From positions 224,001 to 288,000 of the forward strand of contig JBKAGE010000070.1 in assembly GCA_046290225.1 (NCBI GenBank): DNA of 64,000 bases. The letters run 5' to 3'. A model generated the notes under the pieces. It searched no databases. It worked only from the letters and a program-made list of their open reading frames with translations, and had not been told where the DNA came from. This DNA comes from Bradymonadia bacterium. Lineage in GTDB: Bacteria; Myxococcota_A; Bradymonadia; UBA7976; UBA1532. This document shows positions 21,661 through 31,064 of this stretch, one piece after another. A program made the translations under genes and the position numbers. Every line of letters starts with the position of its first letter. Within the stretch, counting starts at the first letter, position 1.

Positions 21661-22913
21661 CACTGATCTCCCTTGTCCAGTGCGCCGACCTTCACGGCCT
21701 CCTGATGTGCGATCTCACGCCATCGGGGCAGCTCGGCGGCGAAGCCCTGTGTCTCCGGATAGTCGGGGCTGAAGGCCACCGCACTCGCCGGTGGCTTGGC
21801 CAGGCCCAGCTCGGAGATGAGCACGTCGGCGACGTGCACGGCGCTGAGGACGTCGAAGTCGCGCTGGGGCACCGCTTCGGGGGTGTGGTGGTGGGCCACA
21901 GCCTCGACGATGGGCCAGGGCAGGCCCCACAGACCCACGAGATAAGCCCCCACCTCGGCGTGGGTCACCCCGGAGATCTCCCGCTCGATCTCGTGGAATG
22001 GCCGATCTTCTTTCTGAGCGCGGTGAGAGACCTCGTCGAAATAGTCCGGCTGTTGCTGAGCCACGATGAGCTTGCCGATGTTGTGCAGCATGCCCGCCAT
22101 GAAGGCGTCTTCTGCCGTAGACATATCGTCCACGAGCCGCCGGGCGATGTGGGCCGTGAGCAGGGCGTGGTGCTGCAAGCTTTCGAGGGAGAAGGTCTTG
22201 GCCTTGATGCGGCCGTTGCCCTTGAAGGCGTCGACGGTGAGCACCAGGCTCCTGACATTGTCGAAGCCCAGGTAGCCGATGGCCTCGCTCACCTTGGTGA
22301 TGCGCCGGGGCATGCGATAGAAGCCCGAGTTCACCAGTTGGAGCACCTTGGCCGCCATGGCCATGTCCTGTTCCAGGATCGCCCCCACCTTGCGCTGGTC
22401 GCAGGTGGGCTCTTGTAAGATCCGCTGCAATCGCTGATAGGTCGATGGCGGAGAAGGCAGGCTGTCGATTTGCCCGACCAGGTCGCGAATCGTCGAGTTC
22501 GACGCGAGCTCCGACAGATTGCAGGCCCGATCGAGCACATTGTCGAGCTGCTCGGCGTCACAGGGCTTGCTCAAGCACTGGTGAGCCACCGCCAGGGCGC
22601 GCTCCGCCATGCTCATCTCGCTGTAGCCTGAGAGCACGATGCGCACGAGGCGGGGGTGGGCCTCCTTCACCCTCTCGAGCAGGGTGGCGCCGTCCATCCC
22701 CGGCATCTTCATGTCGGAGATGATGGCGTCGTAGTCACCCTCCTCTTCGAGACGCTCCAGGGCGTTCACGCCGCTGGTGACGAAGGTCATGTTCCACTTT
22801 CGGCGATGACGCCGGAGTCGATCTCGTAGCCCGTCGAGCACCCGCTGCTCGTCATCGACGAAGAGCAGCTTGCGCTTGGGGCCTCGGGCACGTCTGCGCT
22901 CTGAGAGACTCAT
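21660..22913 (-). CDS. REC-HDOD response regulator
   Basis: LFVDDE, SDMKMP; HDOD motifs QDMAMAAKVLQLVNS, GMLHNIGK, THAEVGAYL, WGLP. Confidence 0.9.
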   Translation of the reverse strand: MSLSERRRARGPKRKLLFVDDEQRVLDGLRDRLRRHRRKWNMTFVTSGVNALERLEEEGDYDAIISDMKMPGMDGATLLERVKEAHPRLVRIVLSGYSEMSMAERALAVAHQCLSKPCDAEQLDNVLDRACNLSELASNSTIRDLVGQIDSLPSPPSTYQRLQRILQEPTCDQRKVGAILEQDMAMAAKVLQLVNSGFYRMPRRITKVSEAIGYLGFDNVRSLVLTVDAFKGNGRIKAKTFSLESLQHHALLTAHIARRLVDDMSTAEDAFMAGMLHNIGKLIVAQQQPDYFDEVSHRAQKEDRPFHEIEREISGVTHAEVGAYLVGLWGLPWPIVEAVAHHHTPEAVPQRDFDVLSAVHVADVLISELGLAKPPASAVAFSPDYPETQGFAAELPRWREIAHQEAVKVGALDKGDQ

Positions 22914-24454
22914 CCGATCATCTCCCCCATGGCAGGACCATGGCCCACGGGGAGCCGCACGTAGAACGTGGTGCCTTCGCCGGGCGTGGTCTCGAAGCTC
23001 AGCGTGCCATTGTGCTTCTCGGTGACGATGGTCCGGGCCAGCGACAGCCCCTGGCCGGTGCCCTTGCCCACCTCTTTCGTGGTGAAGAACGGGTCGAAGA
23101 TGCGCTCCTGTACCTCAAGCGGGATCCCCGAGCCGGTGTCGGTGATGGCCACCACCACCTCGTGTCCTTCGTGGGTGGTACTGAGGGTAATGCGGCCCAT
23201 CTCGCCCGAGTGCGCCTGCTCGGCGCTCTTCTGTTTGCCCTCGATGGCATGGGCGGCGTTCACGATGAGATTGAGGAACACCTGATTGAGATCGCCCAGG
23301 TGACACATCACCTGAGGCACCACGCCAAAGCGCGTCTCCACCTCGGCGACGTACTTGTATTCGTTGCGCGCCACCGTCAGCGCGCTCTCCAGGGCGTTGT
23401 TGAGATCCGCTGGGGCTTTCTCCCGGGTGTCGGGGTGGGCGAACTCTTTCATCGCCCGAACGATCGTCGCCACCCGCTCGATGCCATCGAGGCTGCGATC
23501 GAAGGCCTGAGGCACATGCTCGTCGAGGTAGGACAAATCGGCGTCCTCCTCCAGCTCTTCGATCTCCTCCAGGGCGTCTTGAGATTTGGCGTTCTGGGTC
23601 ACCGAAGGCTTCAGCGCCCGCCATGCGGCGAGGATCTCCCAGAGATCTTCGAAAGCGCCCCGCAGGAAGTGCACGCTGTCGCCGATGTACTGCACCGGCG
23701 TGTTGATCTCGTGGGCGATGCCTGCAGCGAGTTGCCCCACAGCTTCCAGCTTCTGGGCCAGGCGCAGCTCGCGCTCCACCCGAGCCCGCTCCTCCATTTG
23801 CTGCTTGAGGGCCTCGTTCGCCTCTTGGAGCTGGTTCGTGCGATCGCTCACCGCCTCTTCGAGATCGCTCAACTGACCGAGCAGGTCACGATGAAGCGTC
23901 CACTTTCGAGTGAGGGCCAGGGTGGCCTGCATCACCTCGATGTTGTCGAAGGGCTTCTTCAGGATCAGCAGGTTGTCCCGCTCACCCACCTGGGAAATGA
24001 TGTCGTTCCAGTCGTAATCGGAATACGCCGTACACAGCACCACCTGCAGGTAGGGATCCTCCTTCCAGATGTGACCGATGGTCTCGATGCCATCCCACCC
24101 CGGGGGCATGCGCACGTCGGTGAAGGCCATCATGTAGGGTCGGCCCTCGGCGATGGCTTTCTTCACCATGCGCAGGCCCTCCTGCCCCTGATAGGCCGAG
24201 TCGATTTCCAGGTTCTCCAGACCGCTCACCGCAGACTGAGTCTCCGTACCGAAGAGCTCTGCCTCCAGGGCGTCGAGATCAGGGTCAGAGGACTGACCCA
24301 TGCCCAGGATCTTCCTGATGTCCTCGTGGATCGACGGGTTGTCGTCGATCACCAGGATCCGATGCTTCTCACTCTGGGTGTTGTCCGTGCTCACCAGCTG
24401 TACCCCATCGATGACACCCCCGGCCCGTTCAAACAACGAACCTGAATGAATCAT
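22910..24454 (-). CDS. hybrid REC-histidine kinase (no TM sensor domain)
   Basis: ILVIDDN, FTDVRMPPGWDG; H-box GIAHEINTP; NLIVNA, DTGSGI, FFTTK, GTGQGL. Confidence 0.92.
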   Translation of the reverse strand: MIHSGSLFERAGGVIDGVQLVSTDNTQSEKHRILVIDDNPSIHEDIRKILGMGQSSDPDLDALEAELFGTETQSAVSGLENLEIDSAYQGQEGLRMVKKAIAEGRPYMMAFTDVRMPPGWDGIETIGHIWKEDPYLQVVLCTAYSDYDWNDIISQVGERDNLLILKKPFDNIEVMQATLALTRKWTLHRDLLGQLSDLEEAVSDRTNQLQEANEALKQQMEERARVERELRLAQKLEAVGQLAAGIAHEINTPVQYIGDSVHFLRGAFEDLWEILAAWRALKPSVTQNAKSQDALEEIEELEEDADLSYLDEHVPQAFDRSLDGIERVATIVRAMKEFAHPDTREKAPADLNNALESALTVARNEYKYVAEVETRFGVVPQVMCHLGDLNQVFLNLIVNAAHAIEGKQKSAEQAHSGEMGRITLSTTHEGHEVVVAITDTGSGIPLEVQERIFDPFFTTKEVGKGTGQGLSLARTIVTEKHNGTLSFETTPGEGTTFYVRLPVGHGPAMGEMIG

Positions 24455-24541
24455 CGGAACAGGGCGCCCTTGATTTGATCAGCGGGTCGTCACGACACCG
24501 GGGGCCCCATTTGGGTCATGGGCACACACCTGCGTTCGAGG

Positions 24542-25843
24542 CTATCGCTTGGGGCGCAGGCCCCAAAGAGTGCGCACTGCCGCTTCGGTGAGATCGTGGA
24601 TGAACGGATCAGCCACCGTGTCGTACTCGTACTCGTCGTCGTTGAGCACGCCATTGGCGTTGGTGTAGAGGGCCACGGTGATGAAGAGGGCCTTTCGGCG
24701 ACCGCGCTTGGGATGCTCGAAATAAGCATTCTCGATGCGAAACCCATACGCTTTGCCCGCCTTGTTCCAGACCGTCCAGTCCTCCACAGGTGCGAACCGG
24801 CTCAACCCGCCGAGGACGGGCTTGAAGCGCAAAGGATCATAGGTCTCTTCAGGGAGCAACGGATCAGTCGACTCTCCAGGCCGCATACGCATCGTCTCTT
24901 TCAAGAAGGCGCGATCTGCCTTGCGCAATCCAAAGCCCTTTCCAGGCACCTTGAGATCAGGGCGCACGATCTTCATCAGCATGTTCTGTAAATCGACGAG
25001 GCCCATCCGGTTCTTGTAGGTGAAGGACATCGGCGTCTCGACGAGCTCGCCACCCACCATGTGTCCCTGCCCCACCTGAATCCCCTTCAGCGTCTCGGGG
25101 AGAGGCTGCAGTGTACCCGGGCTCACCCTGACCTTCTGTTGCACAGTGGGGGGCGTCTCGAAATCACCATCTACGTGAAAGTCGAGGGGCTCCGACCAGC
25201 GGTTCTCTTCTACCGTTCGGCGACGGGACAAGCGGTGAAAGATGCGGGTCTTCTCGAGACCCACCCTCTGGACCAGCGCGTCGATGCGATCTTGCCCGGC
25301 AAAGCCATAGAGACGGTCGAAGGCCCGATTGTCGGAGACGATCGACATCTTCTTGATCTCGTGGCCGAGGGTGATGCGCCCGTTGGCAAGGTGAGTCTCG
25401 TCGGTGCTCTCCAGCTCGGGCTGGTCGACAAAGAGCCGATGCACCGCCAATGGCGTGTCGAGGGTGATCTTCGCCCGCTTGAGGGTGCGATCACGGCGCA
25501 GACGGCGCATGGTGGCCACCGCCGCCAGGGTCTTCACGGCGCTCGCAGGATAGAAATACTCCGCATCGACCCGAAACCCGTGTCGCACGACCCGGTAACG
25601 GCTCTGGCCCTTCTTCAGGCGGCCCTTGACCCGCTCGACCTCGGTGATGAGCACCTGAACACGGTGACCCTCGAGGTCATCTACGGCGGGGTGAAACTTC
25701 TGAGGCCACCGCTGAAACAGCTTCTCTACGAAGTCATCTTCGAGCACAGGGGCAGGCTCGGCGGCCTGGGCTGAGCCCGCCCACAGCGCCCAAAACGCCC
25801 ACAACACCCACCAGCCATGGCTGCTCTGTCGCCTGAACGACAT
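24542..25843 (-). CDS. secreted serine hydrolase, beta-lactamase/PBP-like
   Basis: Signal peptide ending AQA; SxxK (PASAVK), SDN and KAG motifs; start uncertain. Confidence 0.8.
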   Translation of the reverse strand: MSFRRQSSHGWWVLWAFWALWAGSAQAAEPAPVLEDDFVEKLFQRWPQKFHPAVDDLEGHRVQVLITEVERVKGRLKKGQSRYRVVRHGFRVDAEYFYPASAVKTLAAVATMRRLRRDRTLKRAKITLDTPLAVHRLFVDQPELESTDETHLANGRITLGHEIKKMSIVSDNRAFDRLYGFAGQDRIDALVQRVGLEKTRIFHRLSRRRTVEENRWSEPLDFHVDGDFETPPTVQQKVRVSPGTLQPLPETLKGIQVGQGHMVGGELVETPMSFTYKNRMGLVDLQNMLMKIVRPDLKVPGKGFGLRKADRAFLKETMRMRPGESTDPLLPEETYDPLRFKPVLGGLSRFAPVEDWTVWNKAGKAYGFRIENAYFEHPKRGRRKALFITVALYTNANGVLNDDEYEYDTVADPFIHDLTEAAVRTLWGLRPKR

Positions 25844-25959
25844 CGTATTCACCCTCATTGATGACAGCTGCTGGCCCTGACGCACACCGCCGAGCGGTTG
25901 TGCATCTCACCGGCCAATGAAATCCGAAGACGTGCTCAGATCCACACGACAGTGGACCT

Positions 25960-26412
25960 CTAAATGCAGGCGTCACACACCCCACGCAGGTGAATCTGCA
26001 CCTGCTGGCTGTGTACCGCCCGGGGTGCAGCGGCGCTGGAGACCGTGAGCTTGACCCCGTCGAGGCACTGCACCTGACCACAGTCCACGCACACGAAGTG
26101 CGGGTGACCCTCGGCGTGGTCGTGATGATCGTGCTCGTCGTCACCCATCAGTTCGAAGCGCCAGGTGTGATCACCCACGTCGATGCGTCGCACCAGGCCC
26201 GACTGCGTGAGATCGGTGAGGTTGCGATAGATCGTGGCGCGATCAAAGCCCTGAGGCACCAGCTGCTCCACGAGATCGCCGTGGCTCAGAGGGGTCTGCG
26301 CGTGCTCCAAGCACATATAGACGATGATGCGGCCACGTGTGGCACGCAGGCCTGCGTCTCGGATCAGGCCACGGAGCTCTTCGTAGCGCTGAGATGTGAT
26401 CTGCATGGTCAT
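25960..26412 (-). CDS. Fur-family metalloregulator (Zur-like)
   Basis: GLRATRGR, DRATIYRNL, HPHFVCVDCG, GVCDAC; His-rich insert. Confidence 0.9.
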   Translation of the reverse strand: MTMQITSQRYEELRGLIRDAGLRATRGRIIVYMCLEHAQTPLSHGDLVEQLVPQGFDRATIYRNLTDLTQSGLVRRIDVGDHTWRFELMGDDEHDHHDHAEGHPHFVCVDCGQVQCLDGVKLTVSSAAAPRAVHSQQVQIHLRGVCDACI

Positions 26413-26438
26413 GAAAACCAGATTACCCCGTGATGAGA

Positions 26439-28667
26439 TCAAGCGCCATCCGCAGGCGCCTCGTCGTGAACATGAATGGCGTCGAGGACCTGAGAGAGCA
26501 GCCCACGCACCCCACACCTCAACAACGCCCGACCCATGAGGGCCACCAATATCCAAAAGCAGGCGATGTTGAGCGGCTGATGGGCGTGCTCGGCCATGTC
26601 GTGCAGTGGAGGCACCGCCCAACCGTCGGTGGCCACGAGATTCACCACCAGCCCCACAGCGATAGAGAGGAGCGCCATCATGGCGCCAAAGGCCAGCGCG
26701 CGACGCTTGCTGTGCATCGAGGCCAGCACCCCGAAGGTGGTGAGGTTGGTGGCCGGGCCCGTGAGCAGAAATGCGATGGCCGCACCAGGAGACAGCCCCT
26801 TGTGCAGCAACACCGCCACCATGGGGGTCGCCCCCGAGGCACACACATACCCAGGCAACCCCACGAGGGTCAGGAGCAATACATCAACCCCCCAGGGCAG
26901 GCTCGACAGCCAACTCGCCGACATGAGGGGCTCCATGAGGGCCGCGACGCCGAGGCCCACCACCACCCAGGGCAGTGTGTGATCGACGAGATCACCCAGG
27001 CCATATCGCAAGCCTTCCACGAGGCGCGTCGACAGGGGCTCGGTGCGCACCTCCACGGTCTCGATGTCTGCAGGGCGCTGCACTTCGAAGAACCGCCCGA
27101 GCACCAACGCCACCACCAACGCCACGATGGCGGCGGCGACGAGACGGGCGATGGCCAGCTCCTCGCCGAGCAAGGTCAGAGACAACAAGAACGCGTCGAT
27201 GCCCAGCTCGGGGGTTGCCACCAGAAACGCCAGCGCCGCCGTGGCCGAAACACCACCGCGTATGAGGGTCTGGTACAGCGGCAACACACCACACGAACAG
27301 ATCGGCAGAGGCAGTCCGAAGAGCATGCCCTTCGAGGCGCGGCTGAACGCCGCGCCGCCACTGAGCCAGCCCGCCTGCCCAGCATTGAAGAAGGCATGCA
27401 TCAGCCCTGCGGCGAGAAAGGCCAGCAGCAGCACCGGCGCGCTCTCCAGAGCCAGAGTGTAGAAGGTCTCTCCTGCGCCGAGCTCTTCAGAAGCCTCGTG
27501 CATGTGGGGGTGTATATCGGTGAGCAAGTACACCGTCACCAGGCCCACCATGGCGCCAAAGGCCGACGCCGCCTTCACGAGCGGCGAGAGCGCCTCATGA
27601 TGGTGATGATGCCCATGGTCGTGGTGGGCATGATCGTGATGCTCGTGGTGATGGCCATGCTTGTGGTCATCGTGGTGATGCGCATCGTGATGATGCCCAT
27701 GGCCGTGGTGGTCGTGCCCTTCACCCTCATCGTGTGCATGGTCATGATGGTCATGATATTCGTGGCCATGGTCGTGGTGTTCGTGACCATGCTCGTGGTG
27801 TTCGTGACCATGCTCGTGATGTGCGTGACCATGCTCGTGATGTGCGTGACCATGGCCGTGATGGTGATGATGATCGTGACCGCACCCTTCGACACCACAC
27901 CCGCTGTTCGACAGACCTGGGATCTCCGGATGGTTGTGATTGTGCACATCTCCCTCAGGCACCGATGACGGGGGATGATGAAACACCACGTGGAGCAGTG
28001 AGCCCGCCACCAGCGCCTGGAACAACGCCAGGGCGTCTACGGGGAGCATCTTCACACCTTGCTCGCCGAGCAGGAACCCCGCCACCGTGGCACCGCTGAT
28101 GCCCAGCAGCACACTCACGAGCCCCTTTGTGCCCCAGGACTCGCGAATCGCCCACCAGATGGCCAGCCCCATGGGCAGCCGGTGCAGAATGACCCCGATG
28201 GCCAGCTGCAGGGCACCACCGCTGTGTGCACCATGATGAGCGTGGTGATCGTGATGGTCATGATCGTGATGGCCATGCTCGAGGAGCCCAGGATCGGGCA
28301 GGTCGTGTCCCAAGCCGTGCAAATGCCCCTCGGCACCCACCAGCGCGGCGCCATCCATGAGGGCGTGCAATGCCAGACCTACGAGGGCCGCCGTGGCCAC
28401 CGCTGGTGCCCCCCAGGTGGGGCGGCCACCACGACGCGCGAGGCGCTCGAGCATGGTGGGCAGTGCCAGCCCCACGAGGGCGAGCACCACCGCCCCCCAG
28501 CCCACCTGCATCACCGCATGGGGCAACACATCGAGCAGGATCAGACCCCCAAGGGCCACCAATACAAAGCCATCGAGGGCGGCGAAGACGCTGGGGCGCC
28601 GGCCGGTGAGCGCCACCATGGCGGGGCCAGCGATGAGGGCCAGCAAACTGGCGGCGAGCAGTGTCAT
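26439..28667 (-). CDS. His-rich fusion permease: N-terminal ZIP-like domain plus C-terminal DUF318/ArsP-like permease
   Basis: LHALMDG and LHRLPMG in TM helices; His-rich linker of about 95 aa; PLPICSCG and YVCASG motifs. Confidence 0.8.
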   Translation of the reverse strand: MTLLAASLLALIAGPAMVALTGRRPSVFAALDGFVLVALGGLILLDVLPHAVMQVGWGAVVLALVGLALPTMLERLARRGGRPTWGAPAVATAALVGLALHALMDGAALVGAEGHLHGLGHDLPDPGLLEHGHHDHDHHDHHAHHGAHSGGALQLAIGVILHRLPMGLAIWWAIRESWGTKGLVSVLLGISGATVAGFLLGEQGVKMLPVDALALFQALVAGSLLHVVFHHPPSSVPEGDVHNHNHPEIPGLSNSGCGVEGCGHDHHHHHGHGHAHHEHGHAHHEHGHEHHEHGHEHHDHGHEYHDHHDHAHDEGEGHDHHGHGHHHDAHHHDDHKHGHHHEHHDHAHHDHGHHHHHEALSPLVKAASAFGAMVGLVTVYLLTDIHPHMHEASEELGAGETFYTLALESAPVLLLAFLAAGLMHAFFNAGQAGWLSGGAAFSRASKGMLFGLPLPICSCGVLPLYQTLIRGGVSATAALAFLVATPELGIDAFLLSLTLLGEELAIARLVAAAIVALVVALVLGRFFEVQRPADIETVEVRTEPLSTRLVEGLRYGLGDLVDHTLPWVVVGLGVAALMEPLMSASWLSSLPWGVDVLLLTLVGLPGYVCASGATPMVAVLLHKGLSPGAAIAFLLTGPATNLTTFGVLASMHSKRRALAFGAMMALLSIAVGLVVNLVATDGWAVPPLHDMAEHAHQPLNIACFWILVALMGRALLRCGVRGLLSQVLDAIHVHDEAPADGA
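27597..27882 (-). repeat. coding His-rich tract including 21-nt tandem repeats
   Basis: Repeated HGH(A/E)HH(E/D) heptads; about 55 His in about 95 residues by hand count. Confidence 0.9.
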
Positions 28668-28746
28668 GAGGTGGTTTCGAGTTCTATGGGTTTGCAGCAG
28701 CACAGGCTGCCACAGATTTCTACCATTGACACTGGGTCGGCGCATT

Positions 28747-28761
28747 TGCAACAAGGTTGCA
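28747..28761. promoter_or_regulatory. candidate Fur-family operator
   Basis: Perfect inverted repeat TGCAAC-AAG-GTTGCA in the divergent intergenic region between the permease and the OM protein. Confidence 0.7.
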
Positions 28762-28790
28762 TTTTCATCGACCTGCGGTGCGTGCTTTTC

Positions 28791-30137
28791 ATGTTCTCTC
28801 TCTCACCCCCATCGGGCCTGTGCAGTGTCTTGCTTCTCTGTGCAACTCACCCAGCTGCGTGGAGCTGCCCGGCGGAGCAGATTCCAGAGCGCATCGTCTC
28901 ACAAGGCCAGCCCGCGACGCCCGAGACCGCAGTGCAGACGGCGCCTGCGACGCAGGACCTCCCAGAGTTGACGCCTGAAGAGCTCAAAGCGCTTCAAGAA
29001 GCCCTGGCCATCGACGCAGCAGATCAGGCGCCGGCCTTGAACACCGCCATGCCCTCTCTGGGCAACGCCAACCCGATGACGTCGTCTTTCGCCACCGGTG
29101 CAGTGCCTCTGCAGAGCGCCAACCCCGACATCGCCTTCATCCTCGACACCGCAGGCTCGTGGTTCAGCGACGAACCCCAACAGCTCGGGGCCCACGATCC
29201 GAACCGCACAGGGTTCACCCTGCAGCAGCTCGAGATGAGCATCGGCAGCAACGTCGACCCGTTCTTTCGTATGGATGCCAACCTCGTCTTCTCCCAGTTC
29301 GGGGTCGAGGTCGAGGAAGCCTACGGCACCACCCTCGCTCTGCCCCACGGACTTCAGGTGAGGATGGGCCAGCTCCTCACCCGCTTCGGCCGCCTGAACA
29401 ATACCCACCCGCACAGCTGGCACTTCCTCGATCAGCCTCTCGTGAACGGGAAGTTCTTCGGGGGTGAGGGCAGTCGCGGGCTCGGCGCCGAGATCTCGTG
29501 GCTCAGCCCCCTGCCCTGGTTCGCTGAGCTGGTGTTCTCGACCACTGATGCCGCCGGAGCCTGCTGTGCCCGCAGCTTCTATGGTGGGGACGACCTCGGT
29601 GTGGAAGAGCCCATCGATTTACTGGCCACGACGGCTCTGAAGCAGTTTTTCCCCTTCGATGAAGACTGGTCCCTCGCCTGGGGTCTCTCAGGCCAGCTCG
29701 GTCCGAACCCCACCGGAAACGGCAACCGCAGCATGATTCTGGGCACTGATTTGTATCTGCGATACCGCCCGGTGGCCTCGGCAGTTCGCAGCGCGGTCTC
29801 GTTGCAGGTCGAGAGCATGTATCGCAGTCGGCAAACGCCTGGAGACCGTCTGGAAGACTGGGGCGCCTATGCCCAGTTGGTCTGGAACATCAACCTGCGA
29901 TGGGAGACAGGTGCTCGCTACGAATACGTCACCGGCGCGCTGGACGACTTCCTCGATCCAGAGTGGACTGAAGATCGTCAGCGTATCACCGGCCAGATTA
30001 CGTACTATCCCTCTCACTTTTCGCGCTTGCGACTCCAGGCCTCCGAAGATCGTCTTGAATGGCTGGACGAGCCGATTTACGCGGTCATGTTCGGTACCGA
30101 GGTGCTCATCGGCGCCCACGGCTCACACGGTTTCTAG
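28791..30137 (+). CDS. outer-membrane beta-barrel, metal-uptake associated
   Basis: N-terminal signal; alternating aromatic beta-strands; EEAY, FGRLNNTHPHSW; C-terminal GAHGSHGF ending in Phe. Confidence 0.75.
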   Translation: MFSLSPPSGLCSVLLLCATHPAAWSCPAEQIPERIVSQGQPATPETAVQTAPATQDLPELTPEELKALQEALAIDAADQAPALNTAMPSLGNANPMTSSFATGAVPLQSANPDIAFILDTAGSWFSDEPQQLGAHDPNRTGFTLQQLEMSIGSNVDPFFRMDANLVFSQFGVEVEEAYGTTLALPHGLQVRMGQLLTRFGRLNNTHPHSWHFLDQPLVNGKFFGGEGSRGLGAEISWLSPLPWFAELVFSTTDAAGACCARSFYGGDDLGVEEPIDLLATTALKQFFPFDEDWSLAWGLSGQLGPNPTGNGNRSMILGTDLYLRYRPVASAVRSAVSLQVESMYRSRQTPGDRLEDWGAYAQLVWNINLRWETGARYEYVTGALDDFLDPEWTEDRQRITGQITYYPSHFSRLRLQASEDRLEWLDEPIYAVMFGTEVLIGAHGSHGF

Positions 30138-30143
30138 AGCAGA

Positions 30144-31064
30144 ATGAGGCACCTCATGTTGAAACGCAGCACCTCCGTCGCACTGATGCTCGTACTCCTG
30201 GGCACCAGCGGCGCCCTGGCGAAGCTCAAAGTGGTGGCCACGATGCCCGACATCGGCGCTGTGGCTCAGGCCGTCGGTGGCGATCTCGTAGAGATCACCA
30301 CCCTGGCAGCGCCGAACCAGGATCCACACTATGTCGATCCCAGGCCGAGCTTGATGTTGCCGTTGAGCCGGGCTGATTTGCTCATCATCAACGGCATGGA
30401 GCTTGAGAAGGCCTGGCTCGATCCGCTCATCACCGCGAGCCGCAACTCTGAACTACAGCCTGGCTCACAGGGCCTGCTCGACGCGTCGATCTTCGTGAAG
30501 CGCATGCAGGTGCCCACGGTGGCCCTCGATCGCGCCATGGGCGACATCCACGCCGCGGGCAACCCGCACTACTCATATGATCCGAGGCAGATGCGGCAGG
30601 TGGCCCTGGGCATCGGCGAGCGCCTGAGCCGTCTCGATCCGGCCAACGCCGCTCAATACGCCGCTCGGGGCAACGCCTATGTCAAAGAGCTCGACGCGAT
30701 CATCACCGCCGAGAGAGAGCGCTTCAGCAAGCTGCCTCCAGAGAAGCGCCGGGTGGTGAGTTATCACCAGAGCCTCATCTACCTGACGGACTGGCTCGGC
30801 ATCCAAGAGATCATCAATGTCGAGCCTCGCCCGGGGATCCCCCCGACCCCGAGCCACACGGCCAAGGTGCTTCAAACCATGAAAGGGGCAAAGCTCGAGG
30901 TGATCTTGCAAGAGGAGTTCTACCCTCGAAAGGTCAGCGACACGCTCGCCCGCCTGGTGAAGGGCCGCGTGGTGCTCCTGCCGGGTGGGGTGACCAAGGG
31001 CGAGTCGTACATCGACCGGATTCGTCGCACGGCGGAGGTGATCTATGTGGCGCTCTCGAAGTAA
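30144..31064 (+). CDS. znuA: metal ABC transporter substrate-binding protein (ZnuA/TroA family)
   Basis: VVATMPD, DPHY, NGMELE, GNPHY, YHQ, PGIPPTPSH. Confidence 0.85.
   Translation: MRHLMLKRSTSVALMLVLLGTSGALAKLKVVATMPDIGAVAQAVGGDLVEITTLAAPNQDPHYVDPRPSLMLPLSRADLLIINGMELEKAWLDPLITASRNSELQPGSQGLLDASIFVKRMQVPTVALDRAMGDIHAAGNPHYSYDPRQMRQVALGIGERLSRLDPANAAQYAARGNAYVKELDAIITAERERFSKLPPEKRRVVSYHQSLIYLTDWLGIQEIINVEPRPGIPPTPSHTAKVLQTMKGAKLEVILQEEFYPRKVSDTLARLVKGRVVLLPGGVTKGESYIDRIRRTAEVIYVALSK

Noticed and set aside
24542..25843. Antibiotic-resistance beta-lactamase
   Set aside because: SxxK/SDN/KxG motifs only place it in the broad serine hydrolase/PBP superfamily; activity cannot be inferred
26430..27968. 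Plus-strand ORF ending in a long Met/Val-rich hydrophobic tract
   Set aside because: It is the reverse complement of His codons (CAT/CAC read as ATG/GTG) in the permease gene
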